Source: a virus
Length of the DNA: 64,000 bases
Direction: 5' to 3' (one strand)
Virus record (IMG/VR): IMGVR_UViG_3300010389_000004
Span: 30,082 to 94,081 of that record
Positions within the stretch are counted from its first letter, which is position 1. Every line of letters begins with the position of its first letter. Position numbers and translations under genes: made by a program. This document shows positions 45,771 through 54,273 of this stretch, piece by piece. The notes under the pieces are model-generated. The model saw only the letters and a program-made list of their open reading frames with translations. It was not told where the DNA came from and made no database searches.

Positions 45771-48700
45771 GACACCCTCACTGTTCGGAGATGGTTAGCG
45801 AGCAGTTGAAAACGAGGGTCGCTTTCACACCCACTCCGCCAGTAAGCGTCTGGCGAATAACCTGACCCAATCACCGGGATAAGGTCGCTGGGGCAGTGTT
45901 CCCAACCTGCTGGAATATCCGCAATCGGGTCTGCGAACTCAACCATCTGCCCCCAGGTCGGGCCGCCTTCCGAATCCGCCACAATAGGGACTGGTGAGTT
46001 CTTGATAAACCGGAAAGGCATGTTCTCCATCAGATACTTTGTCGCCGGCACGACGATGGGCGCCTCTCCAGGAAACACATCCAGCACCAAACTATCGTGT
46101 ACCGATGCAGACACTCGCGTTTTGAACCCACAGTGTGCCAACCACTGATTCAAAGTAAACCAGCACCAGGTATTCAGGTCTGACCCTGTGCCTTGAACGA
46201 TGGAGTTTACCCCCTGCCTCTCAGCCTTTGTCCGCGTGTACGCATCCAGAGCGTGAATCTCGGGGATGTGCCTGTGGCGACCAGTCAGCGTGCAAACATA
46301 CCCTCGCGTCTGGAGGTCATGGACGACCTGTTGTTTGAATCCCATATACTCAGGCATTCGGTCGTACATCTTATTCAGCTTCTCACGAGCAGATTCTACC
46401 GACGCTTCCTCATCATAGATCTCTCGCTCGACGTACCCGTTCAACCCTCGGTCGAAAGCAGTGACCCTGCGGGATACCAGAGGGAACCCTTCCTGCTTCA
46501 TCTTGTTGGCCAGGCCTCTCGCACCCTGTCCGTAGATAGGACCAAACCAGAACTGTTTCGCCAATGAGCGTAGCAGCTTCCCGTTTGCCAACGCTTCTTC
46601 AGGACTACACCGGAAAAGCTCACAAGCCAAGTCCAAGTGGAGATCAGCGCCTTCTTGGTACCTCTTGGTAATCCACTGCACTTCAGCAGCAATACCGAAC
46701 ACACGGATTTCAAGCTGCGAGAAGTCAATCTGGTAGACCAAACCTCGCTGACCCTCATCCAAAACAAACAGCTCAAAATGCCGGGCCATCCACGCGTTGC
46801 CTTCCGCCTTCGGTACTGGCCCCCAGGGGGTGTCGTAAAACTCTGCGCCAGGTGAGTACCTTGAGTTGAACATCTTCTTCAACCCTTTAGCGCCCTCACC
46901 TCGGGTTTTGATTAGCTGCACGGGAGGATCAACAGCCGACTTACGTCCAGTTACCGTACCCTCCCCCTTATCTTTGCTGGCGTAGCCTGAATCAAACCCT
47001 GTGATGATGAACGAGGGGTGCATCAAGTTATCCGCCCGCAGATAGCCGTTCCGTGTTACACCTTTCGGGGTTTTGTAGAAACCCTGCACGAAGGGAGTGC
47101 AATACGTTGAGAAGAGCTTGGAATAGTCTCGGAACGCGATGATCTGTTCGATCACAGGGTGCGCTTCTTTGTGTTCTTCCAGCACCTCTACATCAGTCGC
47201 CAGGTTGCCTGTCTTGGTGCGCTTTGCCGTGCCCTCTGGGATCCCACAGAACTCCTTACCGTACAAGAACCTTTGGAGCTGATCAGGGCTTCCCAAGTTC
47301 AACTCAATGCATTTGTCGGCCTTAGCCGATTTCATCACGGGAGCGTAGTTTGTGGTGAACGCTCGCTTCTTCACGAACGTGTACGCCTTCGCAGCACGGT
47401 ACCCAGACTTGGTGCCGGTGATGACTTTGCGGTTCGACATGACCTGCCAAGCCACTTGATCTGCCGGCGTCACCTTCAGTGATTTTCCGACTTTCTCCAC
47501 CTGCCCTAAAGAGCGAGCACCGCTCTTGAAACTTTGGTAGGTCTCGTAAACCATCCCCTTGCTCTCATCACCCTCACAAGCAACAACGAAAACACTGCCT
47601 TGTGCTTCATTCTCATGAGCCATGACCTGACGCCACCGCTCCAAGATCTCAGCGTTCTGGAAAGCTTCCTTCGCAGCGTCTCTCTTGCTCCCGAACTCTT
47701 GGTACAGCTTATTTCGGTGCTCTACGTTCAAAGACATCCCGTGGAGCTGGGTCGTAATTACCGACCTGATATCGGGCATTGTGAATTCATGGAAATAGGT
47801 GAGTAGGTTTTCCTTTGCTAGGCGCTCTTCAAGAACATCCCACAACACCCGAGTCGCGTCCGCATCAGCGCAGGCGTACATCCCGAGAACGTCGAGAGGA
47901 ACACCAAGCTCAAAGTCCTTAGCACCTCCTGGGAACGCTGACTGGAGTTGGTCGTCGTAGAAGCCGAGGTCAGTGTACAACTCTGCCAAGCGCTTCAGCT
48001 TGTGAGGAGTATTCTCATCAACAAGCCCGTGAGCCATTTGCGTGTCAAACTCCAACGCCTCAACAGACACCCCAAGCTTTTGAGGGAAGTACGTCGCATC
48101 AAACGGGGAGTTATGCGCAACCTTGGGGACCGGCGAGGTGATCACTTTGCGAATCGCATCGGCCATCTTGTCCCGCTGCGGTTGGGTGTAGCCACTATCC
48201 TTATGATCCAACACAAAGAACCAAGCGTAACGCTCACCGCCAGCGATTACTCCAAACGACACCCCGAGGATTTTGGACAAGGGGTGGTAAGGATCCAAGG
48301 CGAGTTCGCCAGGTGCCGTTTCAATATCGAAAGCAAGTCGCTCTTGCTGCACCAAGTACTCAGCGATCTGCTCCGCCCTCGCAGGGTCCTGGACTATCTC
48401 GTAGTTTCGGTGTGCAAAGTCGGTAAATGCTTGGTACGTCCCCTCATACAACTTCTTGATTTTCCGAATATCGTGCAGCACTTCCTCCAGCAGAGCTGGG
48501 TCTCTTTCAAGAACGTGTTGCACCGAGTGCGTGAGCATCACAGGAGTCGACGAAATCGGAGCACTCGTGTTAGCGCCGCGTGCAGGAGTCGGAACTTCCG
48601 AACACCAACGCACCACCCCTCTCGACTTGTGTGGCATCCCTAAGCTCTTCCACACAGCAGTATTCTCCGCACCACCAAAACCGAGAATAAACCCAGGCTT

Positions 48701-49045
48701 ATACTTCAAGATCTCCAAGCTCAGGAAATTGGAGCAGGCTCTGGTGGTTACGGCGCCGGGCTTCCCGGAAGATTTGGAACAGCGGACTGCGTAAACGTAC
48801 CTAACCTTTTGAGAAAGCTCTTGTGGAGACCAGGCCATCGCTTTTTGGATTACCTGGTTGATGCCATTGATCTCGTTCTGGTAGGGCTGACCCTCGTATG
48901 AGGGAGCCCCCAACACCACCAAGATTTGCGGAGTCTCGGAGCCAAAGGAACTCACTTGCGTGGTTGCTCTCGCGGAGACGTTACACGCCCCACACTTCTG
49001 GCACACCTGCGCGGCCGATACTGCTGCTGTAAGCTCGTCTAACAT
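45764..49045 (-). CDS. polA: Family A DNA polymerase with an N-terminal uracil-DNA glycosylase-like domain (SPO1-type)
   Basis: Exonuclease motifs FDIET, HNSPFD, YACADAD; polymerase motifs DFSQLEIR, KQFWFGPIYG, VHDS; 4-Cys UDG-like N-terminus; start 49045 has an RBS. Confidence 0.95.
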   Translation of the reverse strand: MLDELTAAVSAAQVCQKCGACNVSARATTQVSSFGSETPQILVVLGAPSYEGQPYQNEINGINQVIQKAMAWSPQELSQKVRYVYAVRCSKSSGKPGAVTTRACSNFLSLEILKYKPGFILGFGGAENTAVWKSLGMPHKSRGVVRWCSEVPTPARGANTSAPISSTPVMLTHSVQHVLERDPALLEEVLHDIRKIKKLYEGTYQAFTDFAHRNYEIVQDPARAEQIAEYLVQQERLAFDIETAPGELALDPYHPLSKILGVSFGVIAGGERYAWFFVLDHKDSGYTQPQRDKMADAIRKVITSPVPKVAHNSPFDATYFPQKLGVSVEALEFDTQMAHGLVDENTPHKLKRLAELYTDLGFYDDQLQSAFPGGAKDFELGVPLDVLGMYACADADATRVLWDVLEERLAKENLLTYFHEFTMPDIRSVITTQLHGMSLNVEHRNKLYQEFGSKRDAAKEAFQNAEILERWRQVMAHENEAQGSVFVVACEGDESKGMVYETYQSFKSGARSLGQVEKVGKSLKVTPADQVAWQVMSNRKVITGTKSGYRAAKAYTFVKKRAFTTNYAPVMKSAKADKCIELNLGSPDQLQRFLYGKEFCGIPEGTAKRTKTGNLATDVEVLEEHKEAHPVIEQIIAFRDYSKLFSTYCTPFVQGFYKTPKGVTRNGYLRADNLMHPSFIITGFDSGYASKDKGEGTVTGRKSAVDPPVQLIKTRGEGAKGLKKMFNSRYSPGAEFYDTPWGPVPKAEGNAWMARHFELFVLDEGQRGLVYQIDFSQLEIRVFGIAAEVQWITKRYQEGADLHLDLACELFRCSPEEALANGKLLRSLAKQFWFGPIYGQGARGLANKMKQEGFPLVSRRVTAFDRGLNGYVEREIYDEEASVESAREKLNKMYDRMPEYMGFKQQVVHDLQTRGYVCTLTGRHRHIPEIHALDAYTRTKAERQGVNSIVQGTGSDLNTWCWFTLNQWLAHCGFKTRVSASVHDSLVLDVFPGEAPIVVPATKYLMENMPFRFIKNSPVPIVADSEGGPTWGQMVEFADPIADIPAGWEHCPSDLIPVIGSGYSPDAYWRSGCESDPRFQLLANHLRTVRVSC

Positions 49046-49092
49046 GTTGCTCCCTTCACTAGCTACTGAGTACCGCAGCGTAACGCAACGGA

Positions 49093-49128
49093 AGAAGCGG
49101 CGCAAAGGAAAACCCTTACGCCGCTTCT
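49093..49128 (-). promoter_or_regulatory. 16-bp hairpin upstream of polA (terminator/attenuator or processing site)
   Basis: AGAAGCGGCGUAAGGG-UUUU-CCUUUGCGCCGCUUCU with two G-U pairs on the minus strand. Confidence 0.55.
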
Positions 49129-49152
49129 CTACTGCCTACGAGCTAGGCGTAC

Positions 49153-50589
49153 CTAGCTATAGTATTTCACCAGACCCTTGTGGGGGCCGGAGACGTACTT
49201 GATGGCTTTGTAGCCGGACGCGAGCCACTCTTGGCGGGTGGCTTCATCCGTGACGTTCGTGAGTTCGTCATCCAGGACGTAATCACCCTCACGGAACGAT
49301 GCTGGCTTCTTGCCACGACGTCCGGGATACCAGACTCCTGGCAGCTCTTCGTCGAAGCCGCCGTACTCGTCCACCTGGTGTCCCAAGCCCACGAAGTGGT
49401 CAGTCCCCAGTGAGCCTTCATCAGCCTCAGACTTCTTCTCGGGCTTCTTCGGCTTTTCTGCGGATGAGGCGGCCTTCGTCGCCATCACCTCAGCCCGCTT
49501 CATCGAGCGCTCAGGGCTTTTTGCTGAGCCGGAACGAAGTGCCTGCACCGCGATCTCGATCAGGTCGGACGTTGCGTTCATGAGTCGCGTAGCTGCCTTG
49601 ACCAATGGGTGGTCAGCAGCACCTTCAGGCTCATCAAACATGTCCGCCGGCGAGAAGGGCAACGAGCCTCCCGACTCCGTGCTCCCTGCCACCACTGCTG
49701 GCTCGGTGTAGACCTGCTGTTGCGGTTGTTGCGGTTGTTGCGGTTGCTGTGGTTGTTGGAGCTGCTCCTTGGGCGGGAGATCAGGAACACCCGCCTTGCC
49801 TGCAACTTGGTCAGCATCCGTCAGCGGGATGTGCTCAGGCCAAAACTGCTGGTACAGACGACTCGCTGACTTCTTCCCGTCGCTGAGAACTTTCGGAATC
49901 TCTCCCTTGTCCTCCAAGGTACAGAGCATCCCCTTCAACGACCCAACAACTTCCTTCGGGCGCTTGCTGCCGTTGCGGATCAGAGCATTCCGAAGCTTGG
50001 TTTCTGACGCCTGGCCCTTGTGAACCAAAACCGAAAGCAGCGCCTCACACTGAACAGATGACTCCGCGTCGTCCGGGAACATCAGATCGCCGGGGACGTG
50101 CTCCTTCGAGCGTGCTCGGGTTTCCCACAACTTCGCCCACTCTTCGGAACCAGGCGCGTGCTGCTGTTGCGGTTGTTGCGGTTGTTGCGGTTGTTGCGGT
50201 TGCTGAGCAGGTGCTTCAGCTTGCTGTTGCGCAGGTGCTTCCTGAGCAGGCGGGGGTGCAAACCCCTGTTGTTGAGCAGGAGGGGGTGCAAACCCTGGTT
50301 GCTGCGTTGATGTTTGTTGCGCAGGTGGGGGTGCAAACCCCTGTTGCTGCATCGGTGCTTCAGATTGCTGTTGTTGAGCAGGAGGGGGTGCGAACCCTTG
50401 CTGCTGAGCAGGGGGCGGTGCAAAACCCTGCTGCTGAGCAGGAGGTGCAAACCCTTGCTGTGGGTGTTGCTGCTGTTGTTGAGCAGGCGGCGCAAACCCC
50501 TGCTGTTGAGCAGGGGCAGCACCATACGGTGAAGCAACCTGCTGAGTATACGGGTTCGGCATTGATCCCGCTTGACTTTGCTCGTCCAT
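49153..50589 (-). CDS. Protein with an N-terminal (Q)QQGFAPP(P)AQ repeat region
   Basis: Seven GFAPP units plus PQQ repeats, then apparently folded segments; AAGGA RBS. Confidence 0.8.
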   Translation of the reverse strand: MDEQSQAGSMPNPYTQQVASPYGAAPAQQQGFAPPAQQQQQHPQQGFAPPAQQQGFAPPPAQQQGFAPPPAQQQQSEAPMQQQGFAPPPAQQTSTQQPGFAPPPAQQQGFAPPPAQEAPAQQQAEAPAQQPQQPQQPQQPQQQHAPGSEEWAKLWETRARSKEHVPGDLMFPDDAESSVQCEALLSVLVHKGQASETKLRNALIRNGSKRPKEVVGSLKGMLCTLEDKGEIPKVLSDGKKSASRLYQQFWPEHIPLTDADQVAGKAGVPDLPPKEQLQQPQQPQQPQQPQQQVYTEPAVVAGSTESGGSLPFSPADMFDEPEGAADHPLVKAATRLMNATSDLIEIAVQALRSGSAKSPERSMKRAEVMATKAASSAEKPKKPEKKSEADEGSLGTDHFVGLGHQVDEYGGFDEELPGVWYPGRRGKKPASFREGDYVLDDELTNVTDEATRQEWLASGYKAIKYVSGPHKGLVKYYS

Positions 50590-50619
50590 GTGTTTCCTTT
50601 CCTAGACGACGTGGCTGAG

Positions 50620-51066
50620 CTACACCCAGCCTTTTGAGATACCCGTAGCCGAGGCGCAAAACAATGCTCCCCACCCGGCTACTACGATGTTTCCCTCTGC
50701 CTCCTTCAATTGGCGGAGGGCGACCTCAAAAAGCAAATACGATGGGACACCCAACGCTTTTGCATGTGCGACGTGCTTCGTGAACTGAGAGAGGTGCTGC
50801 TTAGCGGCAATACCTTTTCCCAGAGAAAACGAGAGAACGGGTTTTGGAGAATACTCGCCCTGTTCAAGACCTTCCAGGTGTTCTGGAGTGATCGCCAGAC
50901 TCGCCTTCAGCACACCCAACACCACGTCGCTTTTCCGTACTCCAGCCTCGACAAACATATCGTGCTGGAGATACTCCTGAAACCACTCAGAAGCCGGCGT
51001 CAATTCCCCTGTCTGCTTATCAGCAGCGAGGCTATACGTTTTCTTGCTGCTTTTGAGGGCTGGCAT
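50620..51066 (-). CDS. Hypothetical protein
   Basis: ORF in operon. Confidence 0.6.
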   Translation of the reverse strand: MPALKSSKKTYSLAADKQTGELTPASEWFQEYLQHDMFVEAGVRKSDVVLGVLKASLAITPEHLEGLEQGEYSPKPVLSFSLGKGIAAKQHLSQFTKHVAHAKALGVPSYLLFEVALRQLKEAEGNIVVAGWGALFCASATGISKGWV

Positions 51067-52354
51067 ACTTCTTCCCTATTTCGATGTCCGCACGAAGCGT
51101 TTCAATAACCTCAGTGACGGCTTTAGTGAACCCGTACCGACTGAGTTTGCCTTCTTCGATACTATCTTCGAATGTGCTCCTCGCAAGCTGTCCTGCGTCA
51201 ACGTCGGGGTCTTTGTCGATCGCCACACTCACATTGCCGTCCACCCCGAACAGGCTGTCCATATCCAGCACCGCTACGCGAACTCCTCTTCGAAACTCGG
51301 GGTAAGCCACACCACCTTGAATGGTAATCAACCCCGCCAAAGTTTCCTCAGCCATGATCTTGTCGACGATCTCCCTGAGTCTGGTGAATTCAGGAATCTC
51401 TGCCAAACGCGAAAGCGACACCCACCGGCTACAGTTTTCGATCGAGAGAACAACTTCAGGGCCGGTAGAGAAATTCCGCACGGACACTTGCGCCCCGATT
51501 TTGAGGTACTCTCTGCCCTGCCTCCTATCAAACCAATGCGTCCTCCTGAAGAAGCCGGTACCGGATGGGCGCAGAGCGTAAGGGTCAAAGCGATCTTTGA
51601 AGAAGTCCCACACAGCGTATCCGGCAAGCGGCTGTCCTCGGCGCGGGGTCTCCCTGATGAGTGTGGGGACTCCCCACAAACTGTTCAGCTCGTCATCCGC
51701 TCGTGTAAACCACTGCTCCCCTCGTCTCTCGTAAAACGGGCAGCTTACCGCCCGCTCAACAACAGCACACGGAAGATGGAACACCGAAAACCGCACGGCG
51801 CCGAACTTCGCCGAGAAGTAGTGGGTGTGCAACTCGGGGAGACTGCTCACTGTACCGAGAGTGGGGAAAAGGTTATCCAACACCTTTCGATCCGTGACGC
51901 CCGATATGGCGTGTACCTTGCGTAGTAAGGCAAGCCCCCCTATTGCGGGGTATTCGCCGTGTTCCCCTTGTTTTGGCAACTCCGGCGAGTAAATGGGTAT
52001 ACACCCGTCCGTCGAGAGAGCAGCGTTATAGACCGAACTTGCCAGCTTTCGGTATGGATGACCCCTATTTACCAAAATGAGCGTTGGGTCGTCCTCACCG
52101 AGAGTGATACGGCAGGCGATCGGAATCAGGTCGTTAGCCCGCTTTTTGTTGTCCAAAAGATTCTTCGGGTAACGGGGGTAGATATAGTCCCCGCTACGAC
52201 TCAGCGTTCTGCTGATCTTGGGAAGCTCGCTTTCCGAGTAGCTGTAAAAGCAGGACTTTGCCCAAGCGTCCAGGAGCTTCTTATTACTCCACACCATTGT
52301 GTTTTCTCCATTCTTCCAACACTGCGGCTTTCGCCGCTTCTTTCGTTTCCGCAC
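51032..52354 (-). CDS. Hypothetical protein (likely start near 52297, MVWSNK)
   Basis: Long ORF; GGAG precedes the internal ATG. Confidence 0.7.
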   Translation of the reverse strand: MRKRKKRRKPQCWKNGENTMVWSNKKLLDAWAKSCFYSYSESELPKISRTLSRSGDYIYPRYPKNLLDNKKRANDLIPIACRITLGEDDPTLILVNRGHPYRKLASSVYNAALSTDGCIPIYSPELPKQGEHGEYPAIGGLALLRKVHAISGVTDRKVLDNLFPTLGTVSSLPELHTHYFSAKFGAVRFSVFHLPCAVVERAVSCPFYERRGEQWFTRADDELNSLWGVPTLIRETPRRGQPLAGYAVWDFFKDRFDPYALRPSGTGFFRRTHWFDRRQGREYLKIGAQVSVRNFSTGPEVVLSIENCSRWVSLSRLAEIPEFTRLREIVDKIMAEETLAGLITIQGGVAYPEFRRGVRVAVLDMDSLFGVDGNVSVAIDKDPDVDAGQLARSTFEDSIEEGKLSRYGFTKAVTEVIETLRADIEIGKKYASPQKQQENV

Positions 52355-52438
52355 CGCAGCTCACATGATTTCCTGGAGCGTCGATCACTGCGAAATACCC
52401 TCCCAACGGGAAAGGCGTAACCTTTACGCGAGGTTCCC

Positions 52439-52873
52439 TCATGCTCCTATCCCCAACCGCTTCGCTTCTCGGAAAGCCACGGTGTATTTGGTGTTGTGCC
52501 ACGCATTACGAATAGTTTCTCGACAGAACTCAGCGTGGTTTCTGTAGTCCCACTCCATCACCGCATCGTGGGCAGCTTCAACTACGTCCAAGTGCTTTCG
52601 AAGGTTGTGGAACTCCTTCACCATCGCCGCAAGCTCTAGGTACGCCTTGCGAAGCAGGTCGAAAACATCGGTGGGGCGCATAAGATTCTCATTGAGCGAG
52701 CTAGTGAACGTCAGTCGTTTACCGGCGTAGTTCACGGTGAGGTTCATGCTCAGCCCCGCCACAACGCTCTCGTACAGGTCCTTGTTGAATCGACCCACCA
52801 TAGCCGCACCAAAGATTTCAAGATCCCAAACATCGTCCCGATGTCGGAATATGGTTTTCGTTTCGAAATTCAT
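52439..52873 (-). CDS. Hypothetical protein
   Basis: Coupled ORF. Confidence 0.6.
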   Translation of the reverse strand: MNFETKTIFRHRDDVWDLEIFGAAMVGRFNKDLYESVVAGLSMNLTVNYAGKRLTFTSSLNENLMRPTDVFDLLRKAYLELAAMVKEFHNLRKHLDVVEAAHDAVMEWDYRNHAEFCRETIRNAWHNTKYTVAFREAKRLGIGA

Positions 52874-53148
52874 TGCACCCGCTTTGCTTCTTGTTGGTCA
52901 ATCCAGTCCATAACTTGACGGACAGTGGGTTTCCGCCAATTGATGATCTGTCCCGTGTCAATGTCGATGTCGAAGATGACATACTCACCGTAATGTTCTC
53001 CAGGCATAAACGCCGGGACAGGCCCGTCCTCTTGTTCGGCGATAACCTGTTTGTCAGAACCAATGAGATGCACGTTGAGGGTGCTCCCCACTTTCGCGTA
53101 AACCATCAACGTCTTTGCTTCGACGTGTTTTTGAATAGGCAATTCCAT
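52870..53148 (-). CDS. Conserved-looking small phage protein
   Basis: VPAFMPGEHYGEYVIFDIDIDTGQIINW pattern. Confidence 0.65.
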   Translation of the reverse strand: MELPIQKHVEAKTLMVYAKVGSTLNVHLIGSDKQVIAEQEDGPVPAFMPGEHYGEYVIFDIDIDTGQIINWRKPTVRQVMDWIDQQEAKRVQ

Positions 53149-53150
53149 AA

Positions 53151-54242
53151 CTATACTACCTCCTGCTCTTCTTCCTCTTCCTCAAGAACCGCCACGATCT
53201 CGTAGCCCTTGCCGAAGTAATCAGCGATCACTTCCTGCACATCCTCAGCGCAGTCCGGGTCCTTATCCCGCTCACACCCGAAATCGTATATCTCGTTGAG
53301 GTATTCCTCTTCGTCCACCTCTTCCCCGCTCTCCGTCACTTCGCGGAGGGTAATACGGTGGACATCCCCGTTCGCCCACTGAGTAACCGTCTTCATCAGG
53401 TTCTCAGCAGACTTTTCCATCTCCTCATGAGTCTGCATTCGGGTTTCGCCAGTCTCCTTGTCCTGAACTTCCCACGGCGAAAGCACCAAATACCCGACCA
53501 TGCCAGAACCCCACTGGCACACTTTGGTGTCCCCAAGATAGAACCTAGATAGCCCGTGCTGATACAGCGACACCTCGCTGAAGAACTTCACCTTCCGAAG
53601 CTTCCACCCGCGTTGGTAGTATTCCTGCCATTTCTCCCGACGCTCATCAGGGCAGTGATACTCGCACAAATGGTTGAATATCTCGCTCTCGATATCGCCA
53701 TCGCTGAGGTCTGAGGGGTAGAACTCTTCTTGGTAACAGGAGATATCCCTGTACTCGTACTCTACCTCATCGTTCTCATCGCACGACTCGGATACTTCAT
53801 CTCCCACAAGGTGGGGCGGCAGCATCAACTCATCGTACTTGGGAGGAAATGGAAGAAACCGTTCGGTACAGTACCGGTCGACCATTGCATTCGTAACGCG
53901 CTCTTTTGCCTCTTGGTAGCGCAGCAACGAGCGGACTCTCGATGGCAGGGTGCGCCGGACATCGTGAGCGAGTTCGTAGTATTTCTCCACTTCCTCCCAG
54001 GTCTGCTTGAGGTGTTTTCGAGAAAACCCGATCGGATTTCCCGGAACCCCGAACTCTGCTTCGGTAGGTTCTCCCTGGAAGCACGGCCAATTCGACATCG
54101 GCCCTCGTGAGTCGCCGTAGATGTCCAAGTTGTCTTCCATGCCTTCGAATGGGTGAAGATCCCCACAAATCTCGTCATGGTCGACTTCAACAATCAAACG
54201 GTTTCCGTTCTTCAACAGAAACCTGTGTTTCGCAAGAGTCAT
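53151..54242 (-). CDS. Acidic early protein
   Basis: 363 aa, E/D-rich, with an LYQHG...WGSGMVG-type module. Confidence 0.7.
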   Translation of the reverse strand: MTLAKHRFLLKNGNRLIVEVDHDEICGDLHPFEGMEDNLDIYGDSRGPMSNWPCFQGEPTEAEFGVPGNPIGFSRKHLKQTWEEVEKYYELAHDVRRTLPSRVRSLLRYQEAKERVTNAMVDRYCTERFLPFPPKYDELMLPPHLVGDEVSESCDENDEVEYEYRDISCYQEEFYPSDLSDGDIESEIFNHLCEYHCPDERREKWQEYYQRGWKLRKVKFFSEVSLYQHGLSRFYLGDTKVCQWGSGMVGYLVLSPWEVQDKETGETRMQTHEEMEKSAENLMKTVTQWANGDVHRITLREVTESGEEVDEEEYLNEIYDFGCERDKDPDCAEDVQEVIADYFGKGYEIVAVLEEEEEEQEVV

Positions 54243-54273
54243 ATAACTATCTCCTGTTTTCGTTCAGAACTGT

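Noticed and set aside
27956-49045. Inteins or introns in terL and polA
   Set aside because: The insertions lack C/S...HN splice motifs and both reading frames are continuous.
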